From: Fidelibacterota bacterium
Lineage (GTDB): Bacteria > Fidelibacterota > Marinisomatia > Marinisomatales > UBA1611
NCBI GenBank assembly: GCA_018692355.1
Contig: JABHKE010000075.1
Span: forward strand, 1 to 59,793
Length of the DNA stretch: 59,793 nucleotides
Reading direction: 5' to 3'
A program made the translations under genes and the position numbers. Below are positions 38,162-47,616 of the stretch, in pieces. Under the pieces are notes generated by a model. It searched no databases. It had not been told where the DNA came from and was given only the letters and a program-made list of their open reading frames with translations. Position 1 is the first letter of the stretch, and every line of letters starts with the position of its first letter.

Positions 38162-39253
38162 ATGAATAAACTCGACCTATATCTATTGCGGCAATTCTGG
38201 ATAATCCTGGGAATATCTGTTCTCGGTTTTGTTTCTATTTTTGTAATTGTTGATCTTATAGAAAATTTAGACCGGTTCATGGATAATAAAGTTCCATCAC
38301 CAATTGTAATTCAATATTACCTCTATACTTTACCCTGGTTTGTGAGCATTGGGCTCCCTATGTCTATGCTGTTATCGACAGTTTTCAGTTTAGGGTCGAT
38401 GGTAAAACGAAACGAGTGGACAGCTATGAAAGCATCCGGAATAAGCCTTTATCGTGCTTCATTTCCATTACTGTTATCAGGAATTATCATGAGTGGAGGA
38501 TCGTTTATTTTAGATAATAAATTGGTTGCAATTGGGAATGAAAAACGATTCGAGATCGACCGAGATTACGTAAAGCGAAAATCACGCCATAAACTAAAAA
38601 ACACACTAAAAAATATTTTCCTCCAGAAAAATACATCTATACATATTTCATTATCTAAATATTATATAAAAAAATCAACTGGACATGATCTAACCATAGT
38701 AGACCTGGGCCATTCAAATATCCGAAAAAGGATTGATGCAAAAAAAATAGAGTGGAATCCAGTTACATCCAGTTGGGTATTAACAGGGTATTCGATTCGT
38801 GAATTTAATGAGCATGGAGTTGAGACAAGGGTTACCTTGGGAAAATCAGATACGCTCATCACACTTGGCTTTTTACCAGAAGAGATTCAGCAACAAGCCC
38901 GAAAACCGGACGAATTGGATTATTTCAAGCTCACGGAACGAATTAAGAAATTAAAAGAAAATGGCGTCGATACCCTTCGATGGGAAGTTACACGATATTT
39001 AAAAATTTCTTTCGCCTTTACTAATTTGATAGTTGTTTTGTTTGGAATACCATTGGTGGTATTAAAGGAGAAAAATAGTTTATCTTTTGGGGCTGGCGCC
39101 AGTGTTTTTGTTATCTTTGGATATTACGCCTTTATCAAGTTTGGCCAGTCACTAGGATTTAACGGAATTGTGGAACCTCTATTATCAGCTTGGTTGGGAA
39201 ATATTTTATTTCTAAGCGGTGGGATGATATTAATGTGGAGAGCCAAAACGTAA
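38162..39253 (+). CDS. LptF/LptG (YjgP/YjgQ) family LPS export permease
   Basis: The N-terminus LDLYLLRQF is followed by three TM helices, a large periplasmic insert and three more TM helices. 363 aa. Confidence 0.8.
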   Translation: MNKLDLYLLRQFWIILGISVLGFVSIFVIVDLIENLDRFMDNKVPSPIVIQYYLYTLPWFVSIGLPMSMLLSTVFSLGSMVKRNEWTAMKASGISLYRASFPLLLSGIIMSGGSFILDNKLVAIGNEKRFEIDRDYVKRKSRHKLKNTLKNIFLQKNTSIHISLSKYYIKKSTGHDLTIVDLGHSNIRKRIDAKKIEWNPVTSSWVLTGYSIREFNEHGVETRVTLGKSDTLITLGFLPEEIQQQARKPDELDYFKLTERIKKLKENGVDTLRWEVTRYLKISFAFTNLIVVLFGIPLVVLKEKNSLSFGAGASVFVIFGYYAFIKFGQSLGFNGIVEPLLSAWLGNILFLSGGMILMWRAKT

Positions 39254-39271
39254 TCCGTTATTAAAATGATT

Positions 39272-40657
39272 TTACTCTTTTAGAGCTGGCGAAGGACCTT
39301 CCTTTTCCGTTTTTTTTATTGACTTCCCAACCCATGTAAAACCAAAAGAGAAATTGAATCCTTTCATTGTATGCAGCCACATGCCATTTCGAAAAGAAAA
39401 GCCCAGATCAAAAATAACAGGGCCTTTTTTTACGCCAAAACCCATGGCCAATTCTTTCATTTCTCCACCAGCCCAGGAATAACCGATTCTCATTGGGATT
39501 GTTTGAATCCGATTCCACTCAACCGCCATCGCCCATTTCCATTGTTGCCGCGCATAATATTTATTCTCAAATCCAGCCACTAGATCCGTGGCAAATAAGA
39601 AATTATCTACTCTTTTCGACGCACCCAGTCTGAAAGTTGCCGGGTATCGAGTGACAAATTCAGGCCTTTTACCATTCTCTAAGGTATCCACGAAAAATAT
39701 AGTCTCATTGGTGAATAAAGAGTCATTCCCCATTTTGTCCATACGTATAGTGTCAATGTTGAATGTGTATAAAATGGATTCATTTAAATCGAGAGTATCT
39801 TCTCCAAATACAAATGGATAAAATTTGGAAGTAAGGGGATTAATACTAGATGGATCACCCCCACCACCACTTTGATTCCATTTAATAGATCCAACCATGT
39901 TAATAAATGATGCACCAAATTGCCACCCATTAAGTGGTCGAGAAACCACCCCAATATCAAGTCCAAATCCTGCACCACCCACACCTTGCCGTATGATATA
40001 TTTCCCTGAACCATAGATACCCAGATCATCTGTTATCAAACTCGCTGAAGATGAATCTTCATCAATCCCAAGATAAAATAATCCTTGCAGATATTTGGCC
40101 GTCACTCCCCAGGACATGGATTTAAAAGGAATCCCAAATGAAAATCCGTATTCGTTCAATCCCAAAATCTCATAATTGAATTCAAGATCCAGGTTCGGTT
40201 TTTGGCCGTTGCCATAAAAAATGAGCTCCAATAATCCCATAGGTAATTTATAATTCTGTAAAATTATATTATTGGTTGTAAAAGCCATATTCCCTTTAGA
40301 AATGTTCATAAAAGGAATTGGCATATGTGTGTCCACAAAAAACGCCATACCGTCAGATGCTTCTAATTGATCGAAGAGTGCATCTTTTTCAACAGTATTC
40401 AAAGTATCACCACTATATTGTGCAATATTTTCGATAGAGAAAAAATTTCCTAGTATACCTAAATCCAATTGAAACGCTTGAATCATAAATGGTTTATTTT
40501 GTTGAAGACCTATTATTCCAGGATTAAAACCAACACAGAAAATTCCATCGGCAATGGTTGTATAAGCACCCGCCATTCCTACCATTCGTGGATCACGTTT
40601 GGTTTGGGCCTGAACAAAAATTCCAACCATGCAAAATATGAGAATAATTCGCTTCAT
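39272..40657 (-). CDS. Outer-membrane beta-barrel protein with a FadL/PorV-like N-terminal motif
   Basis: It has a signal peptide (FVQAQ). The N-terminal GMAGAYTTIADG...FNPG resembles the G-x-G-x-A-x(4)-D-x(n)-NPA motif of FadL/TodX and PorV/PorQ barrels. The sequence shows alternating beta-strand periodicity and an aromatic-rich barrel end (FNFSFGFTW). Confidence 0.5.
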   Translation of the reverse strand: MKRIILIFCMVGIFVQAQTKRDPRMVGMAGAYTTIADGIFCVGFNPGIIGLQQNKPFMIQAFQLDLGILGNFFSIENIAQYSGDTLNTVEKDALFDQLEASDGMAFFVDTHMPIPFMNISKGNMAFTTNNIILQNYKLPMGLLELIFYGNGQKPNLDLEFNYEILGLNEYGFSFGIPFKSMSWGVTAKYLQGLFYLGIDEDSSSASLITDDLGIYGSGKYIIRQGVGGAGFGLDIGVVSRPLNGWQFGASFINMVGSIKWNQSGGGGDPSSINPLTSKFYPFVFGEDTLDLNESILYTFNIDTIRMDKMGNDSLFTNETIFFVDTLENGKRPEFVTRYPATFRLGASKRVDNFLFATDLVAGFENKYYARQQWKWAMAVEWNRIQTIPMRIGYSWAGGEMKELAMGFGVKKGPVIFDLGFSFRNGMWLHTMKGFNFSFGFTWVGKSIKKTEKEGPSPALKE

Positions 40658-43600
40658 CGATTACCCATCATGCTCAATTTTTGTTTTGGACGATTCATAC
40701 GATTCGACCTGGATGAAGACCCTATTTTGATATAATGTCCATTGATATCACAAGCCTTTCCATTAGAAGACACGATTTTCAATCTTAATGAATCAGTTTC
40801 TGATAACCCACTGGTAGCCAAATCCCATGAATATGAACCAAGATTATCTAATCCTGATTCAATTTCTGTCCAATTATCTGTCAGGACACAATTGGCTAAA
40901 TTATAGGTGGTTGAATCTCCATGTGTGGAATAATATAAATCGACTTTTTCTGAACTCGATCCACCTACACTCCAAAGAATTTCATAAGTTTGATCGTTAT
41001 ATAATGTTTGTCCTCCATTGGGGTAAGTAATAATTAATTCAGGTTTTGCTTCACCAAATGCACCGGAACTGCTTAACCGAAAAGTGATAAATGAACTGAT
41101 CTCCAAATAATCTTCAACAGATAAAAATACCCCAACTGAATCTGTACCCGGTAAATGGAATCTTGGCATGGTATAGTGGCTGCCAAAATCTGTCAACAAA
41201 AAGATCTGAGACGTATCGATAATACTAGAATAAACCCCGGTCCCTGGTACTGCCACCATACCTTCAGGGTATCCGGTTGAATCATCTGCACCATAAAATG
41301 ATTCCGGATTTGGTAAAGAAAATTTAAAGAGTGTATCCACATAGGAAATGATTGTATCCGTCCCGGATCCATTATATTTCACAATATAAGGTAAACCATC
41401 AAAACATTCTGAAAAATCAGTCATAACGTTGAAAATATATACCAAACCGCTATCGGGTGAAATGTCACTGCATTTCCTGAGAATATATAAACTGTCCGTG
41501 GCATTTAGTATTCCCCATACTGCGAGAGAATCTCGGAAAATTCCCAATTGTTCCCAGGTTGTATCAGTGGGGAAATGAGAATCGTTACTCATTAACACTG
41601 AAATTTCTGCACCAAAGGGTAACGCATTCGTGATCGTTGACACAAGTTCTGTTTCTAACAAACTGTTCCGAATTTTATAGCGTGTATCATATTCAAATGT
41701 TTCAATTTCTGTGGCGGTTCCGCCCATAAAGGTCATAGGCTCCAATTGAAGGACAAATGGAATAGTCACACGAAATCCACCTGCAATGGCTTTATTAGCT
41801 TCAATGGATCCGCGACCATCTACCTTCACCTCAGGTGTAATAATCAGACTTACGGGATTGGATGCAAGTAAATCAATAATAGATGAGCAAGTGTCACAGG
41901 GTGCATTTGTAACAGAATAAGATGGCAGGCTATCATACACCGATTCATAAATTGTAATAGTTGTTCCGAGTTTGCTCAATCCAATGATGGTCATAGCAGT
42001 ATCCGAATTTGAATCCGTTAATGGAAACCCAATTGTATCAATGATCACCGGTACATAGGTAAGCTCACCAAGAGAGTTATAGCCTTTGAATTCCATGATC
42101 ATTTGAATGGGTAATCTGATCTGATTCTTAAAAATAATCTCGAAAACAGCTTCGGTGGGAATGGCACCTGTAAAACCTGCCGGGAATTCCTGTTCAGTGG
42201 GTTCCGCAGGCATTTCCATGTAAAGGTTTGCAGAAATGGACGAGAATGATAACTGTTCCAACTTCATATTCATGGTGAATTCACCCAAAGGTGAACCATC
42301 TAAGGGTATGGATGCTTTTTGCTCTGGGATTGTAATATCTAGCACAAGATCAAAACTTGTAAATGCACTGTCTGGCCAGCCATCATTATTATTATCTCCA
42401 TCTGTGCTCTGTAGTGTATACCCACGTAAATCAAATGTTTTATTGATCTCAATCCCGTTTCTTAAAACAGTATCAATTTTTACGGAGTCACCATCAGGTG
42501 TGGGTGAAAAATTCTGGAAATTCAATAAGAAATTCATATCGAATGGAAAAGAGCTAGCCAAATCGCGAATGATCAATTTATTCTCGTTATAAGCTGCGCC
42601 CTCATTTTTAAGCACATTTCTATAAATTTCCATTTTGCTTATACCAGACTCAGACATATCCATTTCAGGTAATTCCATCGGTGGCATTTCAATGCCGTCT
42701 GACATGGAATAATAATTTGTTGTTACATCAATGCTATCAATTCCTGCCATTTTAAATGTGATATTAAAATCGACATACAATGACCCGGGAGGAATTGTTA
42801 CATAATCAGTCGACGCAGAACTCAAAGACATATTGGTTGCCATTTTTAAGAAACTTGTCAATCCCTTTCCAGATAAATCTGTCGTGTCTGCATAAGTGAC
42901 ACCTTGAGAGATTGACGGAATCTGGTTATGGTTTGCCAATGTATCAGAAAGAGGTTCAGAAGTTCCAGAAACCATCCTAGAATAGACACCAACTAAATCA
43001 GTCGGAATGCCATTATTTTTAAATAGAGTCCGATATACACTGTTGGTTGCATGGCTGGCAATTATAAGTGTATCTACGCTTGCAATAATGGGTGGGTCAT
43101 CAGGGAGTGGAATTGATGATAATCCAAGATCAATTGTTGTATCCAAAGCGCTACTCAACAAATCCATTGCACCATTAAACGCCGCAACAATTAAAGAATC
43201 ATAATGGTTTGCTTCCAACACATGGGGAACCGTATCAGGGAATGCAAAAGGGGTATAAGCTGCGATCCAAATGGTTGTATCTACGAAAACAGAATCGTCT
43301 GTAAATGGATCAACATATACAAAAATGGATGTATCTATAGTCCAATCAGTAGTATCGGGGTAAATCTGTTGGCCATACGCAACAACGTCAATCCGTTGAC
43401 TAATTGTAATCTCCGGTAGCTCACCGACTATATCAGCAGGGATACCAGAAATTTCCCCAGATGCAATTGCTTGATCAAGATCTAATGGCACAGCAGGGAG
43501 ATCGGGAAGTTCTGTGGCAGGCATTTCTCCCTCCTGGATAATTTTAAATCCAAGAGAATCATCTGTAAGAAAAATGCCCGCAGATGAATCAGAAATATCC

Positions 43601-43779
43601 GCCATTTGATATCTGGTTTGAACCAGTGGAATTTTTAAATCAAGATACCAGGTAGGCATTTCGAACTTTTCCGGGATGTCGAAATCGCACGCCACCGTCA
43701 CCATTAAAAAAATGGTCAGAAAAGCATGGAGAAATCCCGTCTTCCAACGAAATTGGTGGTTTTTCGGATTTACCTTCAT
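40654..43779 (-). CDS. Very large (about 1041 aa) secreted protein, possibly a lipoprotein, of unknown function
   Basis: The track ORF runs 40654..43848, but TTG 43848 abuts the ahcY terminator. ATG 43779 gives MKVNPKNHQFRWKTGFLHAFLTIFLMVTVAC, a signal peptide ending in Cys. The C-terminal ~110 aa show an Ig-like pattern (PNGGQT...YEILW...VDLYYS...GSYSWDL...LRLKIV). The stop overlaps the ATG of the downstream barrel gene (ATGA). I recognise no catalytic motif. Confidence 0.55.
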   Translation of the reverse strand: MKVNPKNHQFRWKTGFLHAFLTIFLMVTVACDFDIPEKFEMPTWYLDLKIPLVQTRYQMADISDSSAGIFLTDDSLGFKIIQEGEMPATELPDLPAVPLDLDQAIASGEISGIPADIVGELPEITISQRIDVVAYGQQIYPDTTDWTIDTSIFVYVDPFTDDSVFVDTTIWIAAYTPFAFPDTVPHVLEANHYDSLIVAAFNGAMDLLSSALDTTIDLGLSSIPLPDDPPIIASVDTLIIASHATNSVYRTLFKNNGIPTDLVGVYSRMVSGTSEPLSDTLANHNQIPSISQGVTYADTTDLSGKGLTSFLKMATNMSLSSASTDYVTIPPGSLYVDFNITFKMAGIDSIDVTTNYYSMSDGIEMPPMELPEMDMSESGISKMEIYRNVLKNEGAAYNENKLIIRDLASSFPFDMNFLLNFQNFSPTPDGDSVKIDTVLRNGIEINKTFDLRGYTLQSTDGDNNNDGWPDSAFTSFDLVLDITIPEQKASIPLDGSPLGEFTMNMKLEQLSFSSISANLYMEMPAEPTEQEFPAGFTGAIPTEAVFEIIFKNQIRLPIQMIMEFKGYNSLGELTYVPVIIDTIGFPLTDSNSDTAMTIIGLSKLGTTITIYESVYDSLPSYSVTNAPCDTCSSIIDLLASNPVSLIITPEVKVDGRGSIEANKAIAGGFRVTIPFVLQLEPMTFMGGTATEIETFEYDTRYKIRNSLLETELVSTITNALPFGAEISVLMSNDSHFPTDTTWEQLGIFRDSLAVWGILNATDSLYILRKCSDISPDSGLVYIFNVMTDFSECFDGLPYIVKYNGSGTDTIISYVDTLFKFSLPNPESFYGADDSTGYPEGMVAVPGTGVYSSIIDTSQIFLLTDFGSHYTMPRFHLPGTDSVGVFLSVEDYLEISSFITFRLSSSGAFGEAKPELIITYPNGGQTLYNDQTYEILWSVGGSSSEKVDLYYSTHGDSTTYNLANCVLTDNWTEIESGLDNLGSYSWDLATSGLSETDSLRLKIVSSNGKACDINGHYIKIGSSSRSNRMNRPKQKLSMMGNR

Positions 43780-43840
43780 TTTATTGCCAATAGTGTTTGG
43801 ACTTCCGCATTCAAATTTGTAGAATAAATCTGAGAGAACC

Positions 43841-43886
43841 AAAAACAAAAAACCCCATAATTTTTATGGGGTTTTTATTTTTTTTA
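43841..43886 (-). terminator. Rho-independent terminator downstream of ahcY (looks bidirectional)
   Basis: The stem ccccata (43853-43859) pairs with tatgggg (43865-43871). On the minus strand it is followed by UUUUUUGUUUUU, and a T-run is also present on the plus strand. Confidence 0.8.
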
Positions 43887-43896
43887 ATAGATTAGA

Positions 43897-45282
43897 TTAA
43901 TATCGATAGAGTTCAGGCTTATAAGGCCCCACTTTTGAAACACCAATATAGTCAGCCTGCTCATCAGTCATTGTCGTCAATACACCCCCAAATCCACTCA
44001 CCATTCCGGCTGCAACTTCTTCATCAAGTTTCTTTGGTAGAACATCAACTGTAATATTTGATAATTTTTCATTAAGTGGTAAATCAGCAAATTTTACATC
44101 AAATAAAAGCATTTGTGCCAACACCTGATTTGCAAATGAGCCGTCCATAATCCGAGATGGGTGCCCTGTTGCATTTCCTAGGTTAACTAAACGACCTTCA
44201 GATAATAGAATTAAATAATCATTTTTATTGTCACTTCTAAATATCCGATGCACTTGGGGTTTCACTTCGTCCCACTGCCAATTGTCTCTCATAAATTGGG
44301 TATCAATTTCATTATCAAAATGACCAATATTACAAACCACCGCACCTGATTTGACAGTTTCTAACATAGCACGATCACAAACATTTATGTTCCCGGTAGT
44401 CGTAACAATTAAATCGGTGGTAGTAAGTAGTTCTCTGTTAATACCATCAACTGTACCAGTGTTAATTCCGTCATGATAAGGAGAAACAACTTCGAACCCA
44501 TCCATACATGCTTGCATTGCGCAAATTGGATCAATCTCGCTAATCTTTACAATCATCCCTTCTTGACGTAATGATTGTGCAGATCCTTTCCCCACATCAC
44601 CATAACCAATTACCAGTGCTTTCTTTCCAGACATTAGAATATCCGTGCCGCGTTTAATAGCATCATTGAGTGAATGGCGACATCCGTATTTATTATCATT
44701 TTTTGATTTAGTTACTGAATCATTCACATTAATGGCTGGTACTTTAAGTGTCCCATCTTCTAACATTTCTAAAAGACGGTGGACCCCTGTGGTAGTCTCT
44801 TCACTAATGCCATGAATATTTTCAAGCATTTCAGGGTATTTTTCATGAAGCATTTGGGTTAAATCGCCACCATCATCTAATACCATATTGGCGTCCCATG
44901 GATTACCATCTTTTAGGATTGTCTGCTCAATACACCAAATAAACTCTTCTTCAGTTTCACCTTTCCATGCAAATGTTGGAATATCAGCATCAACCATTGC
45001 TGCCGCTGCATGGTCTTGAGTTGAGAATATATTGCAGGACGACCATCGAACTTTTGCACCTAAATCAACAAGTGTTTCCATTAGGACTGCAGTTTGAATA
45101 GTCATGTGAATACAGCCAAGAATATTTGCACCTACTAAGGGTTGTGAATCCTTGTATTTTGTCCGGAGGGTCATGAGAGCAGGCATTTCCGCTTCTGCAA
45201 GTTCTATTTCCTTTCGGCCAAAACTGGCCAAAGTCATATCGGCTACTTTGTAATCATTATTTTTTATGGTTTGATTGTTCAT
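43897..45282 (-). CDS. ahcY: S-adenosyl-L-homocysteine hydrolase (adenosylhomocysteinase)
   Basis: Motifs [28 protein letters not shown] and the NAD motif [10 protein letters not shown]. The track start is TTG 45294. ATG 45282 (MNNQTIK) lies 6 nt downstream of a GGAG and is preferred. Confidence 0.93.
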   Translation of the reverse strand: MNNQTIKNNDYKVADMTLASFGRKEIELAEAEMPALMTLRTKYKDSQPLVGANILGCIHMTIQTAVLMETLVDLGAKVRWSSCNIFSTQDHAAAAMVDADIPTFAWKGETEEEFIWCIEQTILKDGNPWDANMVLDDGGDLTQMLHEKYPEMLENIHGISEETTTGVHRLLEMLEDGTLKVPAINVNDSVTKSKNDNKYGCRHSLNDAIKRGTDILMSGKKALVIGYGDVGKGSAQSLRQEGMIVKISEIDPICAMQACMDGFEVVSPYHDGINTGTVDGINRELLTTTDLIVTTTGNINVCDRAMLETVKSGAVVCNIGHFDNEIDTQFMRDNWQWDEVKPQVHRIFRSDNKNDYLILLSEGRLVNLGNATGHPSRIMDGSFANQVLAQMLLFDVKFADLPLNEKLSNITVDVLPKKLDEEVAAGMVSGFGGVLTTMTDEQADYIGVSKVGPYKPELYRY

Positions 45283-45312
45283 TTTCATCTCCAATTATGA
45301 GTTTAATCAAAA

Positions 45313-45372
45313 TGAACGTCGTTATAATAGCCAAGCCTGATCGGAAATTATTTCCAATGCAACGCTCCTTGG
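45313..45372 (-). promoter_or_regulatory. SAH (S-adenosylhomocysteine) riboswitch in the ahcY leader
   Basis: The minus-strand RNA reads CCAAG-GAGCGU-UGCA-[UUGGAAA UAA UUUCCGA]-UCAGG-CUUGG-CUAUUAUA-ACGACGUUCA. It shows P1 CCAAG/CUUGG, a P2 hairpin, the conserved AGGAGCG and CAGGC strands, and the pseudoknot GAGCGU/ACGUUC. This matches the published SAH riboswitch consensus as I remember it (CCGAGGAGCGCUGC...CAGGCUCGG...AACGGCGCUCA). Confidence 0.8.
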
Positions 45373-45387
45373 TATATGAAATTTATT

Positions 45388-46563
45388 TTATTTATGTTCT
45401 AGTAATTGTTGAACCATATCCGTTTTTTCCCATGTGAATAGATCCAGCTCTCGGCCAAAATGACCATAAGCTGCTGTTTGTCTGTATCTGGGTTTTTTCA
45501 AATCTAAGTGTGCAACAATTTCTCCCGGTCGTACAGGGAATACTTCTTTTGCAATTTCAGTAAGTTTTTCATCACTAATCTCTCCTGTACCAAATGATTT
45601 TACGTAAAAGGAAGTGGGTTCCGCAACACCAATGCTGTATGATAATTGGACTTCACATTTATCCGCTAGACCAGCAGCCACAATATTTTTAGCAATATAA
45701 CGAGCCATATAGGTTGCACTTCGATCCACCTTGGATGGATCTTTTCCGGAAAAAGCACCACCGCCATGTGGTGCAGATCCACCATAAGTATCAACAATGA
45801 TCTTCCGACCCGTTAACCCGGTATCTGCTTCTGGACCACCATAAACAAACCTGCCTGTACCATTTACAATATAATCTTCGGAGTAAGGATATTCAAAAGA
45901 ATCTAAAACAGGTTTTATAATATGGTCAATCACTTCACTTTTTACAAATTCCAATTCTTTTTCTTCTGTTCCATATACGGCTAACATGTCATCGTGCTGT
46001 GTAGCAATAACTACTTTCTCTACAGAAACTGGTTTACCATCTTCATAATTGACTGATACTTGGGATTTACCATCTGGACGAAGCCAGGGCAAAGTACCAT
46101 CTTTTCTCAATTCTGTTAATCTTTCTGTAAGACGATGAGCAATCTGGATTGGGAGTGGCATGAGTTCAGGTGTTTCATTACAGGCATATCCAAACATGAG
46201 TCCCTGGTCGCCAGCACCTTGTTTGGAGATATCATCTGAATCAACACCTTGAGCAATTTCTGAACTTTGCTCATGGAGCATAGATATAACTTGAACATCC
46301 TCAGGGTCAACTCCACTATTACCTTTATGATATCCAATATCTTTAATTGTTTGTTTTACAACTTTTTCTACTTCAGTAAACCCATTGGTTCGAACTTCAC
46401 CGGAAACCACAACAACTCCTTTGGTTGCCAAGGTTTCACAGGCCACATGGGCGTTGGGATCTTTCGATAAAATATCGTCTAAAATTGCATCCGAAATTGC
46501 ATCGCATGCTTTGTCTGGATGCCCTTCGGTGACTGATTCCGATGTAAATAAATATTTGCTCAA
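45388..46563 (-). CDS. metK: S-adenosylmethionine synthetase
   Basis: Motifs [23 protein letters not shown] and [18 protein letters not shown]. The TTG start (46563) lies 7 nt downstream of AGGAAG. Confidence 0.95.
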   Translation of the reverse strand: MSKYLFTSESVTEGHPDKACDAISDAILDDILSKDPNAHVACETLATKGVVVVSGEVRTNGFTEVEKVVKQTIKDIGYHKGNSGVDPEDVQVISMLHEQSSEIAQGVDSDDISKQGAGDQGLMFGYACNETPELMPLPIQIAHRLTERLTELRKDGTLPWLRPDGKSQVSVNYEDGKPVSVEKVVIATQHDDMLAVYGTEEKELEFVKSEVIDHIIKPVLDSFEYPYSEDYIVNGTGRFVYGGPEADTGLTGRKIIVDTYGGSAPHGGGAFSGKDPSKVDRSATYMARYIAKNIVAAGLADKCEVQLSYSIGVAEPTSFYVKSFGTGEISDEKLTEIAKEVFPVRPGEIVAHLDLKKPRYRQTAAYGHFGRELDLFTWEKTDMVQQLLEHK

Positions 46564-46567
46564 TTTA

Positions 46568-46632
46568 GCTTCCTATTATTTTTATTCGCTTTTATTAATT
46601 ACTTTTACAATTTTGGTGCAAAAATTACCAAA
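46568..46632 (-). promoter_or_regulatory. Conserved leader RNA motif upstream of metK (candidate SAM-responsive element, class unassigned)
   Basis: The minus-strand RNA reads UUUGGUAAUUUUUGCACCAAAAUUGUAAAAGUAAUUAAUAAAAGCGAAUAAAAAUAAUAGGAAGC. It shares GURAUUU(UU)GCACCAWAWUUG, GUAAAA, AUAA(AA)GCG and UAAAAA blocks, in the same order, with the metH leader (51205-51252). It fills nearly the whole 75-nt metF-metK spacer and runs into the SD. Confidence 0.45.
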
Positions 46633-46638
46633 TTCTAT

Positions 46639-47586
46639 TTATGAATACTGCTTTGATTTAATACAAAATTCCCGATAAATACGAGCTAATTCCTGGAGCA
46701 TTTCAACCGAAGATTGAAAATTGTAGGACATAATATGTTCTACATTTAAACCAATCGGAACTTTTAAATTTTTCTCCGTGATCGATCTGAGTGTATCATT
46801 CAAAACTTCTATAGCAACATCTAAGGATCTTTCAATCATAGAACCGGGCCTACCTTGTAAATAACGCTCTGTCTCACTTGGGATTTCAACACCAAGCCAT
46901 TTTAAAAATTCAATATTTTTTTGGGATGAAACCGGAGCAAAGCTCAAAAGTAACCGGCGGGGGAATGTATTCAGTTCATCACACCTTTCTTGGTAATGAC
47001 CAATCATTTTTACAATATTGGATGAATCGTATAATACTTGTGTCGTAAAAAATTCAGAACCATTCTCACTTTTCTTGATCAAATTCTTTGATTCTCTATC
47101 TCGACTTGGAATTGCAATTCCACCACAAAATATATCACCACCATTCTCATTGTATTCTCTTGAGAGTGACTTTAAAACTTCATTTACAGATGGTCCCGGG
47201 TAATCAACATTACTGGATTCTCCGCCCACTATAATCATATTTTCAATTTCGTATTCCTTGTTGGTCTCTTTGAACCATTTCATTTGGGCATCAAAAGGTT
47301 CATGGACAACTACCCGATTAACAATAGCTTCCACACCAACAATGTCCTGTAGAAGTTGCCCAAATACTCTTGGTTCACCCCGTTTTTGATTTGCGACCGG
47401 ACGCTCACCACGACCATTTTCATCCAATACTTCTGGAATATTAATAGCGTCAATATGGGTTTGTGACAGGAGAGAGCTAATGATCTCAGCATAGGAATTC
47501 AATGTCCCATCTTTTTCTCGTGGTGGTAAAATTTCGTAAGCAACAACCGGGCGTTGCGGTTTTTTTATTTTATCTCGTATTCTCAT
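46639..47586 (-). CDS. metF: Methylenetetrahydrofolate reductase-like protein (divergent MetF family)
   Basis: YEILPPR resembles MetF FEFFPPR, FTTQVLYD resembles ITQFFFD, and GLNVEHI resembles FHFYTLN. It sits between metH and metK. The canonical FAD-site motifs as I remember them are not evident. Confidence 0.55.
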   Translation of the reverse strand: MRIRDKIKKPQRPVVAYEILPPREKDGTLNSYAEIISSLLSQTHIDAINIPEVLDENGRGERPVANQKRGEPRVFGQLLQDIVGVEAIVNRVVVHEPFDAQMKWFKETNKEYEIENMIIVGGESSNVDYPGPSVNEVLKSLSREYNENGGDIFCGGIAIPSRDRESKNLIKKSENGSEFFTTQVLYDSSNIVKMIGHYQERCDELNTFPRRLLLSFAPVSSQKNIEFLKWLGVEIPSETERYLQGRPGSMIERSLDVAIEVLNDTLRSITEKNLKVPIGLNVEHIMSYNFQSSVEMLQELARIYREFCIKSKQYS

Positions 47587-47616
47587 AAGATTTTATTTTG
47601 TTTGATTATTTTGATT

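Noticed and set aside
40654-43779. Giant protein as the T9SS sortase PorU, with the downstream barrel as PorV
   Set aside because: The gene order and sizes fit. However, I could not find a gingipain/C25-like His...Cys catalytic signature or a T9SS C-terminal domain. I kept it only as an analogy in the finding.
43780-43848. TTG-initiated 5' extension of the giant ORF
   Set aside because: That start would sit immediately against the ahcY terminator hairpin. ATG 43779 yields a proper signal peptide.
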